Source of the DNA: Candidatus Hadarchaeota archaeon | GTDB taxonomy: Archaea; Hadarchaeota; Hadarchaeia; Hadarchaeales; JAGGTB01 | Direction: 5' to 3' | DNA length: 54,631 nucleotides | Assembly: GCA_964399085.1 (NCBI GenBank) | Contig: CAYNPN010000006.1 | Span: 1-54,631 of the forward strand | In this document: piece by piece, positions 40,836 to 50,021 of the stretch | Position numbering within the stretch: the first letter of the stretch is position 1 | Layout of the letters: each line of letters starts with the position of its first letter | Position numbers and translations under genes: made by a program | The notes under the pieces: model-generated | Database searches by the model: none | Told to the model about the DNA's origin: nothing | What the model saw: the letters and a program-made list of their open reading frames with translations, nothing else

Positions 40836-41693
40836 ATGGAGATATGGGTCTTAGCTTTTACAGTAGGTGCCACTCTTTGTTGGGGTCTATCTCAGGTCAT
40901 CGGTAAGATTGCGCTGCGAGATATTGATACTTTACCTTTCAATACCGTGAGATTTTCGGTGACAACCCTAATGGTGGTGTTGCCATTGTTACTCCTCGGC
41001 TTGATAGAGGGGATAGAAATAAACCTCGCCTTCGTTTCGGCCGTCATGTCCGGATTTTTTGGCTGGTTCGTCGCCACGACTTTATATTTCAACGTTTTGA
41101 AGAGAGATGCTGCCTATAGAGTAATCTCCACCGGAAATGCCTACCCCTTTTGGGCTATCCTTTTGGGTGCACTACTACTTCAGGAGCCACTTTCGCCTTC
41201 AATTCCTCTATCTGCAGGTCTTGTCTTTTTGGGGACCTTCCTTCTGGCTCAAAGAAGAAAAGGAGATGTCGAGGGGTGGAGATTTGGGGTCCCTCTCGCT
41301 TCGGTGGTTGCATTCTTGTGGGGCCTCAATGCAATTTTGAATAAATTTGCCCTAGAAGGAGGAATGTCTATTTACTCACTGCTTTCTGTAAGGTTAATTT
41401 CGGCGGTCGCCTGTTTCTGGATTGCATTTTTGATTAGGAGACAAAGCTTCGACTTTCCTTTGAGGAGCATCGGGTTAAGTGCACTATCGGGAATTATAGC
41501 CTTTCCCATTGGAAGCTTTCTATATATTTCGGCATTGTCCTTTGAGGGTGCAAGTGCTCTGGCCCCATTAACCGGCGCGACCGTTTTATTCGGTTTTTTG
41601 TTCAGCGTTTTCCTTCTGGGGGAAAGTCCAACTAAAAAGGCAGTCGGAGGAATGCTTTCGATTTTGTGCGGGATTCTTATAATGGCTCTTTAA
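40836..41693 (+). CDS. EamA/DMT family transporter
   Basis: Two ~140-aa repeats, about 10 TM helices, LCWG / FLWG and LLQE / LLGE motifs. Confidence 0.85.
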   Translation: MEIWVLAFTVGATLCWGLSQVIGKIALRDIDTLPFNTVRFSVTTLMVVLPLLLLGLIEGIEINLAFVSAVMSGFFGWFVATTLYFNVLKRDAAYRVISTGNAYPFWAILLGALLLQEPLSPSIPLSAGLVFLGTFLLAQRRKGDVEGWRFGVPLASVVAFLWGLNAILNKFALEGGMSIYSLLSVRLISAVACFWIAFLIRRQSFDFPLRSIGLSALSGIIAFPIGSFLYISALSFEGASALAPLTGATVLFGFLFSVFLLGESPTKKAVGGMLSILCGILIMAL

Positions 41694-41769
41694 AGTCCAT
41701 TCAATCTGGATCATCAACATAGTCTATAAGGGAAATTCCATTATAGGCTGAATGAATAAGAGTAAGTTG

Positions 41770-41855
41770 GCCGGGGTGGCAGAATCTGGCAATGCGCCAG
41801 CTTGGAGAGCTGGTGGCCGTTTATGGCCTTCTGGGTTCAAATCCCAGCCCCGGCG
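41770..41855 (+). tRNA. trnS: tRNA-Ser(GGA)
   Basis: GCCGGGG/CCCCGGC-G; CCAGC-TT-GGA-GA-GCTGG; long variable arm. Confidence 0.95.
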
Positions 41856-41911
41856 CCTCACCTTAGTGTTCATAACCCTTCAAAAGACGATTATTTTTCA
41901 AACTGTAAGTT

Positions 41912-41939
41912 GAGGGTTCAAATTCCTCTCCCGGCGCCA
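41912..41939 (+). repeat. Isolated tRNA 3' fragment (T arm + acceptor strand + CCA), att-like scar
   Basis: GAGGGTTCAAATTCCTCTCCCGGCGCCA lies 56 bp after tRNA-Ser(GGA) with no matching 5' half upstream. Confidence 0.7.
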
Positions 41940-42167
41940 TTTTTGACTGCAAATATCTACTTCAAAATCTTCTGGAAGATTTCACGAAATGAACTTTTTC
42001 TCGAATCCGTTTTTATGCAGTTTTGAGTGGACTTCAACATCCCTCCTCAGATGTATTGAACAATATTGTACGTTTGAGGCAGAAATAGAAGGATTTTTAA
42101 GTTCGAAAAAAAAAGCAAATGGATTCGAGCAAAAGGGGGAGGTGAAAAAATTAATAAGTTTGCCAAA

Positions 42168-43046
42168 ATGGGGGGACTAGTCCTACCGCTTCTACTGCTC
42201 ACGACCGCACTTTCTGCTCCCGTGGCTCTCGCCGACTCCGGCTCCTGCACTAGCTGCGGATCGCAGGGTCCCTGTCCAACGGAGGACAATATCACCGTAA
42301 CCACGGAAAATCTGGAAGGTTTCGAGGAATTGAGGGCAGTTATCGGAGCCTGGACAAATGAAGACACGAGATTGCTGATGAAGGAGTTGATTTGGAAGGA
42401 CCACTGCACTCCGCGGCTTCCGAAATCGGAGGCGCAAGAGATCACCGTGTATAAGGACGGCGAAGAGATTAGCCAAAGCGCTGTGGTCGAAATTCCGTTC
42501 AAAGCTCACAGAAATGATGTGGAAGCAAAGATTACCTACTCAGACAACGGAACTTCCGAGAGGGTTTACGCGACCGTTGCTGGAACGGCATCCGTCTTGG
42601 AAGAGCCGATGGAAATCCTGAAGGAGAACGCAAAATATCAGGCGATAATCGAGAATCTTGAGGAGCAAGGGTATACCGTAAAAGAGGATAATGCAAAAGT
42701 AGTTAAGACATATCTTCCTGTAGACTATGCTGCGGTACCCAGCTGTATTGAAGGCAAGGTTTGGAACACGGCTAAGATATATATAGAAGCTGTAAGGGGG
42801 GACCAGACGAAGGATATCACCGCTTTTGTTTGTATTGACAAAAATAAAGTGCTAAACGTTGAAGATGGGGCTTGGGATTGCATTAGTTGTTGGGCTAGCC
42901 TTGGAGGCTGTGCCCTTTGTGTCCCGTTATGTACAACTATAGTCGCGTGTTTGCCTTGTCTCGCAGTCAATTGTGTCGGTGTATTTATTAGCTGTTGTGC
43001 TTGTACAGGCTGTCCAAGTCCATGTGACCCCGATATGTGTCAATAG
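42168..43046 (+). CDS. Secreted protein with Cys-rich C-terminal peptide (halocin C8-like precursor)
   Basis: Signal peptide ending ALA-D; 14 Cys in the last ~55 aa; 292 aa. Confidence 0.6.
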   Translation: MGGLVLPLLLLTTALSAPVALADSGSCTSCGSQGPCPTEDNITVTTENLEGFEELRAVIGAWTNEDTRLLMKELIWKDHCTPRLPKSEAQEITVYKDGEEISQSAVVEIPFKAHRNDVEAKITYSDNGTSERVYATVAGTASVLEEPMEILKENAKYQAIIENLEEQGYTVKEDNAKVVKTYLPVDYAAVPSCIEGKVWNTAKIYIEAVRGDQTKDITAFVCIDKNKVLNVEDGAWDCISCWASLGGCALCVPLCTTIVACLPCLAVNCVGVFISCCACTGCPSPCDPDMCQ

Positions 43047-43108
43047 AAAAGTCTATCGATTTATCGATTTTTAACCTTTTATTTTTTAATAAAAAGAAGG
43101 GTAAATGG

Positions 43109-43366
43109 ATGTCTGATGATATATGGCTTAAAGCTATGTTTGTGGTTGGCTTAGTGTTGATAGCTTTAGGAATAGGAGGAGTTTTAATTGGTTCCTTTCC
43201 CTTTTTTGGAATGAATAGTTACTTTATAACCGCAGGATTAGTAACTGTTTTCTCGGCCCTCTACGGAATCACTGATGCTAAATTATTCAAGATAGGAATG
43301 TATCTTTCCTTCCTTATTTTGGTTCTTGTTGTCATTCATGCATTCACCGTCATTGACTTGATTTAG
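43109..43366 (+). CDS. Small membrane protein (about 3 TM), candidate immunity protein
   Basis: 85 aa, almost entirely hydrophobic helices; follows the Cys-rich gene. Confidence 0.65.
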   Translation: MSDDIWLKAMFVVGLVLIALGIGGVLIGSFPFFGMNSYFITAGLVTVFSALYGITDAKLFKIGMYLSFLILVLVVIHAFTVIDLI

Positions 43367-43375
43367 GGGAGAAAA

Positions 43376-43768
43376 ATGGAAGAAAAATTGAAAGAGATTG
43401 TAGAGGTAGAACTTGCACGGTGCATCGCTTGGTTTTTTCTATCCCTTGTCTTGATGATGTTCTTGACCGGTTATTTTCAGGTTATCAGCCCTTCAGTGTG
43501 GATAAACTTCGGTGTTCCTATAATTATCACCCTTGTAGCCTTCTCTTCGTTGGTATATGTGAGAAGCAAAACGGAGAGAACGATGACGCTTGAACCGGGG
43601 ACCCAAGCCTACAAATTCCTAGCTGGTTCGCTTGCCGTACTGGGAGTAGTAATAGCAGTCGTTGGGATTGGTCAATATCTCTTTGAAAGCACCATCTTCG
43701 GAATGGGTCAAACGGTTTCAGGAATGATTGTTACGACTATAGGGATGCATTTATACCAAAAAAGTTAG
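43376..43768 (+). CDS. Small membrane protein (about 4 TM)
   Basis: 130 aa, four hydrophobic segments, GGGGAG SD. Confidence 0.7.
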   Translation: MEEKLKEIVEVELARCIAWFFLSLVLMMFLTGYFQVISPSVWINFGVPIIITLVAFSSLVYVRSKTERTMTLEPGTQAYKFLAGSLAVLGVVIAVVGIGQYLFESTIFGMGQTVSGMIVTTIGMHLYQKS

Positions 43769-43793
43769 GCTGTTACCTCGGATGTGATACTAT

Positions 43794-43964
43794 ATGCCCT
43801 TAAGTTCGAATAAAAAGGATATCCAGCTTGGGATTATAGGCGGAATAGCATTTTCAGTGGTGTGGCTGATTATGAGTAAATTTGAATCACTCATACCGGC
43901 TCTTCTTGGGGGCACAGCATTTACAGTAATTTGGATAATTATCGGAATGCTTCGTAGTGAATGA
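43794..43964 (+). CDS. Small membrane protein (2 TM, 56 aa); not in ORF track
   Basis: Manual translation: MPLSSNKKDIQLGIIGGIAFSVVWLIMSKFESLIPALLGGTAFTVIWIIIGMLRSE. Confidence 0.55.
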   Translation: MPLSSNKKDIQLGIIGGIAFSVVWLIMSKFESLIPALLGGTAFTVIWIIIGMLRSE

Positions 43965-44093
43965 TATGCCTAACCTTGGGATCGGCATGGGAGTATCAGT
44001 GAAGCTAATAGTTGCTTGATATTGGCGGAATGATTAAACTCATTAACTTTGATATACAACTATATTGCTTGAAGTAAGAAGGCTTGAGCTATA

Positions 44094-44558
44094 ATGAATG
44101 ACAGAAAGAAGGTAAAAAATATATTAATACCGTTTTTTGAGGCCCAACCACCTGAGAAAGCCTATAAAGAAGCTCTAAAGTACTTAAAGGAGGATGGAAA
44201 CCTTTATCTTCTCCATATAATGGATGATGCCTGTACAAGGAGCGTCCGATATATGACGGAACTAGGTGAAGAGAGTGAAGTTGTTAAGTCATTTCAGGAA
44301 GCTGAGAAAGATTTGCAAGAAGGAGTGACCGAAGAATTTGTGGGGAAGGAAGAGGAGGAAACAGATGAAGGGGTTTCCATAGAGACTGAATTTGTAAAGG
44401 GAGATCCCGCCGAGGAAGTTTTAGAGGCCATTGAAGAGTATTCTATTGACCTTGTAGTTTTAGAACAGTTAAGGCAAAAAAAGGATCGAATATTGTTTGG
44501 CGACCAGATGGGTTTTCTTAGAGAAAAAGCTCCTTGCCGAATTATAACTGTATCCTAA
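44094..44558 (+). CDS. Universal stress protein (UspA family)
   Basis: KNILIP, LYLLHI, GDPAEEVL...IDLVVL, ILFG, APCRIITV. Confidence 0.85.
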   Translation: MNDRKKVKNILIPFFEAQPPEKAYKEALKYLKEDGNLYLLHIMDDACTRSVRYMTELGEESEVVKSFQEAEKDLQEGVTEEFVGKEEEETDEGVSIETEFVKGDPAEEVLEAIEEYSIDLVVLEQLRQKKDRILFGDQMGFLREKAPCRIITVS

Positions 44559-44574
44559 ATTCTAGGCGATAGTT

Positions 44575-46026
44575 ATGGGTGAGGATAATAAGGCGGAGGA
44601 GCGACCTGAGGTAAGTGAAGAGGTTCCTCCTCTTGAAAGACCGCAAAACATTAGAGCAATTGTCTACCTTCTCATTGCTTCTGGAGTTTTGGCTCTTATT
44701 TCTATAATGCCAACTCCCATGGATCCCACTGCTCAGAGAGCTTTGGGTATTTTAGTGTTTGTCACGATTTTATGGGTCACTGAAGCTTTTCCTCTTGGGA
44801 TGACTGCACTTTTTGGTGTGACTTTGTTACCTTTGCTAGGTGTACTTCCTCTTTCAGACACTTTTACCGGATTCATGAATCCCGCACTGTTCTTTCTGAT
44901 AGGTGCTCTTTCTTTCGGAATAGCTATGCAGAAAACAAATCTTTCCAAGAGGTTTTCTCTTAGGATTTTAGATAGATTTGGGAATAGTTCGTCATCTATA
45001 ATTTTTAGCATATGCATGATAGGGTGTGTTATGTCTTGGGCTATGCCCTCTCACGCCGTTGCGGCGTTACTTCTGCCGGTATTGGTAAGCATAATTCGAG
45101 CGGGAGAAATAGGGCAGGATAGAAAATTTGCAGTGGCCATATTTTTGGCATTGACTTATTCTACTTCGGTTGGAAGCATTGGGTCGTTGCTTGGTGGAGC
45201 TAGGAATATCTTAGCTATTGGTATTCTCGAAAGTATAACCGGTACTTCACTAAGTTTTCTAGATTGGATGATTGCCGGTGTCCCTATAGCCTTAGTTTTA
45301 ACCGTTTTGACTTTCTTCACTTTGAAGCTGGTTTATCCTTGGGAGGAAATAGACACTAAAAAAATTAGGAATAAACTACAAAATGAAGTTGAAGAAATAG
45401 GTCCGATGAGTAGGGGGGAGAAGAAAGCTGGGATAATATTCTCGGCTACCGTATTATTATGGGTGTCGATAGGTCGGGATATGGGCCTCTCCATCATAGC
45501 TGTCGGAGGTTTCTTTGCTTTATTTGTCTCCAGAACTATTACTTGGCGTGATATAAAACGGAACATGCCTTGGGGGTTGATTTTCCTTTACGGCGGAGCC
45601 CTGACATTGAGCTATGCATTGGTCGAGACTGAAGCTGTAGTATTTATTTCGGAGAGTTTAGTAGGTTTTGTCGGGGAAAACCCCCTTGTTGTTATGATAA
45701 CTTTTCTAATTTTGGTTATTGTTATCTCTAATATGATGAGCAATGCGGCTGCCGTTGCTGTCGTTCTCCCGATTGCAATTGTTACAGTAATTGGATTGAG
45801 CGTGGAAGGAAATTATCCCGGAGAACTCGTTACTTATCTAATTGCAATGGGATCAGCAATGGTATTCATGTTACCAGTCGGCACGCCTAGTGCAGCAATA
45901 GTTTATTCTTCGGGTTTTGTAGAAGTCAAGGATTTAGTTAAAGCTGGAGGTATCCTAACAGTTTTATCGATTTTAGTGTTCCTCACGTTTGGTTTAGGTT
46001 GGTGGAAGCTTATTGGAATTTGGTAA
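44575..46026 (+). CDS. DASS/SLC13 family anion:sodium symporter
   Basis: LWVTEAFP, AMQKTNL, GSIGSLLG...N, SFLDW, MSNAA, FMLPVGTPSAAIVY. Confidence 0.88.
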   Translation: MGEDNKAEERPEVSEEVPPLERPQNIRAIVYLLIASGVLALISIMPTPMDPTAQRALGILVFVTILWVTEAFPLGMTALFGVTLLPLLGVLPLSDTFTGFMNPALFFLIGALSFGIAMQKTNLSKRFSLRILDRFGNSSSSIIFSICMIGCVMSWAMPSHAVAALLLPVLVSIIRAGEIGQDRKFAVAIFLALTYSTSVGSIGSLLGGARNILAIGILESITGTSLSFLDWMIAGVPIALVLTVLTFFTLKLVYPWEEIDTKKIRNKLQNEVEEIGPMSRGEKKAGIIFSATVLLWVSIGRDMGLSIIAVGGFFALFVSRTITWRDIKRNMPWGLIFLYGGALTLSYALVETEAVVFISESLVGFVGENPLVVMITFLILVIVISNMMSNAAAVAVVLPIAIVTVIGLSVEGNYPGELVTYLIAMGSAMVFMLPVGTPSAAIVYSSGFVEVKDLVKAGGILTVLSILVFLTFGLGWWKLIGIW

Positions 46027-46604
46027 ATTTGTTTAGAGAATCTAAAGATTATAAATTCTAGTCCAATGATCTTAGAGTTCACCCAAAAGCTCCTCTCTAT
46101 CGCCAGATTTTTATTTTAGATTATTATCCGATGCCCGGAGAACCTGCGGCCGCCTTACCCGTAGAAATGACGACTTTTTCAGTTTTCCCGCCGATCTTTT
46201 TTGGCCGGTGCCTTGAAGCTGCCTGTATAATTGTTTTGATGGACAATTGGTACTGATTGTTTCTATATTATTGTACTTTAACAGGTAAACCGGAGTTGGG
46301 ACACCCATGAGGGATTCTCTGTAAAAAATCCAACCAATGGACGAGCCAAATCTGAGTGGATTAATAATATAGTTTAACTTCAAAGTTAGGTTTAGGATCC
46401 AGAGAAACCTACCTCTGTGTCCTTTGTTTCCTATTGAGGTCAATCGGAAATTTTTATTACAATTATATTTCCTGCTTCAAACCGTAATTTTAGTCACACC
46501 CACCTTCAGTTTTTATGGGGAGAGAGAGTAAGTCTTCCTGTGGGAAACTCAATACCCTTATTAGGGAATCCCTCAAGATTACGTAAGAATGGAGCTTGGT
46601 ACGA

Positions 46605-47108
46605 ATGCCTGAAGAAGAAAATGGAGAAGAAACGAAAGAAATAGTCCGTGTAGCGGGTAGAGACTTACGAGGAGAGAGGCAGATCCAGTTATCTCTGAGC
46701 AGGTTGAAGGGAGTAGGTCCCTCAATGGCGAGGGCAATCATCCAAGCGGCCGGATTTGACAGGACTCAGAAAATAGGAAAGCTTGAAAAGGACGAAGTTG
46801 AGAAATTAGAGAATGTCCTCGAGAACCCCTTGGAAAGTGGAGTTCCTACATGGATGCTCAATAGACGAAAAGATTATGACAGTGGAGAAGACCTCCATCT
46901 CCTAGGAGGAGAAATCGAGATGACGGAAAGAGAAGATATCTCCCGCGAGAAGGATATCCAGAGCAGACGTGGAATCCGCCACCAGAGAGGATTACCGGTC
47001 AGGGGTCAAAGAACGCGATCTACTGGCCGTAAAGGCATGACTGTAGGTGTGGAAAGAGAGAAACTGAGAGAAAAAGCCGAAGAGGAAGAAGAAGAGGAGG
47101 AAGAGTAA
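46605..47108 (+). CDS. rps13: 30S ribosomal protein S13
   Basis: KGVG, PTWMLNRRKD, RGIRHQRGLPVRGQRTRS; poly-Glu tail. Confidence 0.96.
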   Translation: MPEEENGEETKEIVRVAGRDLRGERQIQLSLSRLKGVGPSMARAIIQAAGFDRTQKIGKLEKDEVEKLENVLENPLESGVPTWMLNRRKDYDSGEDLHLLGGEIEMTEREDISREKDIQSRRGIRHQRGLPVRGQRTRSTGRKGMTVGVEREKLREKAEEEEEEEEE

Positions 47109-47109
47109 A

Positions 47110-47655
47110 ATGGGAGACCCTAAGAGACAGAAGAAGCAATATGCAACTCCCCGTAGGCCGTGGGATAGAGAGAGAATCGAAGATGAATCTAGGATGATTA
47201 AGGAATTCGGTTTAAAATCAAAAAAGGAACTCTGGAAGACTGAGACGACACTGCGAAATTTCCGGAGGGAAGCAAGAAAGCTTATGGCAGCTACCGGTGA
47301 ACAAGCGGAGAAGGAATCCAGCCAGCTCTTGGGGAAACTCAAAAGACTAGGTTTGATTGGAGAAGATTCTACAATTGTGGATATTCTTAGATTGGATATT
47401 GAGGATGTCTTGTCACGACGGCTACAGTCGGTCGTCTATGAGAAGGGATTGGCGAGATCCCCAAACCAAGCTAGACAGATGATTATTCATGATCACATAG
47501 TAATTGGGGACAAAACCGTGACCGAACCCGGATATTTGGTTTCGGTAGAGGAGGAGGAAGAAGTAGATCATCATCCGGATTCCTCCTATCGGGAGAAGAT
47601 TGATGCTGAAGAGATAAAATCTTCAAGATCTGCTCGATCTGGAGGTGGGAGGTAA
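47110..47655 (+). CDS. rps4: 30S ribosomal protein S4
   Basis: MGDPKRQKK, TPRRPW, GLKSKKELW, RRLQSVV, QARQMI. Confidence 0.96.
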   Translation: MGDPKRQKKQYATPRRPWDRERIEDESRMIKEFGLKSKKELWKTETTLRNFRREARKLMAATGEQAEKESSQLLGKLKRLGLIGEDSTIVDILRLDIEDVLSRRLQSVVYEKGLARSPNQARQMIIHDHIVIGDKTVTEPGYLVSVEEEEEVDHHPDSSYREKIDAEEIKSSRSARSGGGR

Positions 47656-48048
47656 ATGCCCGAAGAAGGCAAGTGGGGAGTAGCCCATGTCTATGCATCC
47701 TTTAATAATACTATAATCCATATCACGGACCTGACGGGAGCCGAAACGATTGCTCAATATTCGGGGGGAATGGTCGTCAAGAACGATCGGGAAGAATCCT
47801 CCCCATACGCAGCGATGAAAGCCGCCGACCGAGCAGCAGAAGAAGTAATGGATAAAGGTTTTACGGGAGTTCACATAAAGGTACGTGCTCCCGGAGGGAG
47901 CGGATCCAAGAGTCCCGGTCCCGGAGCTCAGGCGTCTATCCGTGCTCTGGCCAGGGCCGGGTTGGAGATAGGCAAAATCGAGGATGTTACGCCTATTCCC
48001 CACGATGGAACCAAGAAGAAAGGTGGAAGTAGAGGTAGGAGAGTTTAA
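47656..48048 (+). CDS. rps11: 30S ribosomal protein S11
   Basis: [36 protein letters not shown]. Confidence 0.97.
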   Translation: MPEEGKWGVAHVYASFNNTIIHITDLTGAETIAQYSGGMVVKNDREESSPYAAMKAADRAAEEVMDKGFTGVHIKVRAPGGSGSKSPGPGAQASIRALARAGLEIGKIEDVTPIPHDGTKKKGGSRGRRV

Positions 48049-48059
48049 AGGTGCTGAAT

Positions 48060-48842
48060 ATGGATGTCGAACTTAGAGAGTTTGAAGATGGAGTCCTGAG
48101 ATTTCTACTCACAGACGCTACTCCGGCATTTGCGAATTCAATTAGGAGAACCATTTTGCAGGGAGTTCCGGTAATGGCCATAGATGAGGTCGAGTTCGCG
48201 TCAAATGACACTGTAATGTCGGATGAGATTTTGGCCCATCGTTTGGGACAATTACCGCTCAATACACCGGAAGGTTACTTGCTTCCCTCGGAGTGCGATT
48301 GTAGAGAGGGTGTGTGTTCTAACTGTAGCGCGACTCTGGATTTGGCGGTCGAAGGCCCGGGTGTAGTCAGGGCGAAAGATTTGGAGCCCTCAGATCCTAA
48401 GGTTGCCCCAGTTCAGGAGGAATCTCCAGTTGCCCGTATCGGGGAGGGTAATAAACTTGAGCTAACCGCCATCGCTAGATTAGGTTTCGGAGAGGAACAT
48501 GCCAACTGGCAGCCGGCAATAGCCTCCTATAAGTATATGCCCATTATTGATGTAAATCAAGACGCTCGCGATGAATGGACTGAGTGCATTGAAGCATGCC
48601 CCGAGGATATACTTGAATCTGAAAACGGAGAGCTTAAGGTTACCGATATCGAAAAATGTACCATGTGTGAAGCCTGTTCCGATGCCTGCCCCGAGGCCAT
48701 TGAGGTGGATGGCGATCCGACCAAGTTTATATTCAGGATAGAATCAACGGGAGCAATATCGCCTGATAGAGTAGTTAGAGAAGCGCTTGAAGTTTTGAAG
48801 GAAAAATGCGATGATTTTTCCGAGCAAATGGAAAGATTTTAG
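48060..48842 (+). CDS. rpoD: RNA polymerase subunit D (Rpo3) with ferredoxin-like domain
   Basis: FANSIRR, DEILAHRLG, HANWQP, CIEACP...CTMCEACSDACP. Confidence 0.95.
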   Translation: MDVELREFEDGVLRFLLTDATPAFANSIRRTILQGVPVMAIDEVEFASNDTVMSDEILAHRLGQLPLNTPEGYLLPSECDCREGVCSNCSATLDLAVEGPGVVRAKDLEPSDPKVAPVQEESPVARIGEGNKLELTAIARLGFGEEHANWQPAIASYKYMPIIDVNQDARDEWTECIEACPEDILESENGELKVTDIEKCTMCEACSDACPEAIEVDGDPTKFIFRIESTGAISPDRVVREALEVLKEKCDDFSEQMERF

Positions 48843-48920
48843 CACCAAGTCTTACCTCTGTTGATTGACCGAATTGACTTCTTGCTTATCGAGCAGGGGC
48901 GCTCAAACTTAAAATCTTTA

Positions 48921-50018
48921 TCAGTGGAGAAATGCCCTCATGCCACCCTTGTAGTCACCCTTTTCCACGTTCGGAACATGGGCGGCAGCCATATCGTTCC
49001 TCCGCAATGCTTCATAGGAGGCCTCGTCCCTTATCGAACCGGCCGGACTCAGGCTAGCCTTCACGCCGAAGGCATTTAGGACCTCGACGGTATCGGGGAA
49101 TGGATAGAAGGCACTCGAAACTCCGACACTCCCCTCCGTTCTCCCCTGAGTTTTCAACCCGATGTATTCCGCTAGTTCCTCCAGTCTCGAACTTGAACAA
49201 GTTCTGTCTATATCCTTTAGCTTTTCGTAGGGTTTATTCGCCCGGAAACATCCGATGAATCCGGCATCGACCCTGTTCTGCTGACCCGCGCCAACACCTA
49301 TTGTGGCCTTATTCTTGACCATCAATACAGTGTTGGATTTGGTCCGTCTATTTACTTTCCACCCGAATATCATATCTTCTATCTGGGAGTCGGTGGGTTT
49401 CTTTATCTCTTTATCTTCCAAAAATATCAGATCTTCCGGCTTTAGGTCGGCGTAGTCGTACTCTTGAATTAAAAATCCGCCGCTTATCTGGCGGATATCG
49501 AATCCTGGATTCTCGGGCATTTCCGTATCAATCTTTAGGACCCGGAGATCCTCCTTTTCCCCTAGAACCTCCAGGGCTCCGTCTTCAAAGTCCGGAGCGA
49601 TTATGGCTTCCAAAAACTTGTTGTCAATTGCATATTCCGCGATTTCCTTTGTGAATGTTCTATTTATCCCGGCAATCCCACCAAAGGCGCTCAGAGGGTC
49701 TCCATTCCAGGCCCTCTTATAGGCTTCTAGTATATCCTCGTTTTGGCAGGCCCCTGCAGGATTCAAGTGCTTGAAGACCGTGGCGAAAGGATCATCGAAC
49801 TGCCAGAGCATTTTTAATACTGCGTCGGCATCTAGCCAGTTGTTAAAGGACATTTGTTTTCCTTGGAGTTTTTCCGCTTTTGTAATCGGGAAAACTTTTG
49901 GTAGGTTTTCGGTCTCCTCCGAAATTTCATAGACTGCTCCATCCTGTTGCGGATTTTCGCCGTACCTCGTAGTGTCGACCTTTTCGATTTTGATTGTTAT
50001 TTCCTCAGGAAAATCCAA
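48921..50018 (-). CDS. purH: AICAR transformylase domain (C-terminal part of PurH)
   Basis: RYGENPQQ, GKQMSFNNWLD, KHLNPAG, DPLSAFGG, KSN, GAGQQNRVD, C-terminal RAFLH. Confidence 0.88.
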   Translation of the reverse strand: MDFPEEITIKIEKVDTTRYGENPQQDGAVYEISEETENLPKVFPITKAEKLQGKQMSFNNWLDADAVLKMLWQFDDPFATVFKHLNPAGACQNEDILEAYKRAWNGDPLSAFGGIAGINRTFTKEIAEYAIDNKFLEAIIAPDFEDGALEVLGEKEDLRVLKIDTEMPENPGFDIRQISGGFLIQEYDYADLKPEDLIFLEDKEIKKPTDSQIEDMIFGWKVNRRTKSNTVLMVKNKATIGVGAGQQNRVDAGFIGCFRANKPYEKLKDIDRTCSSSRLEELAEYIGLKTQGRTEGSVGVSSAFYPFPDTVEVLNAFGVKASLSPAGSIRDEASYEALRRNDMAAAHVPNVEKGDYKGGMRAFLH

Positions 50019-50021
50019 AAT

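Noticed and set aside
16225-41855. Near-identical repeat between 16225-16309 and 41770-41855
   Set aside because: Two paralogous tRNA-Ser genes, not att sites; the DNA between them is core genome.
46111-46443. 110-aa minus-strand ORF
   Set aside because: No SD or motif and atypical basic composition; likely spurious.
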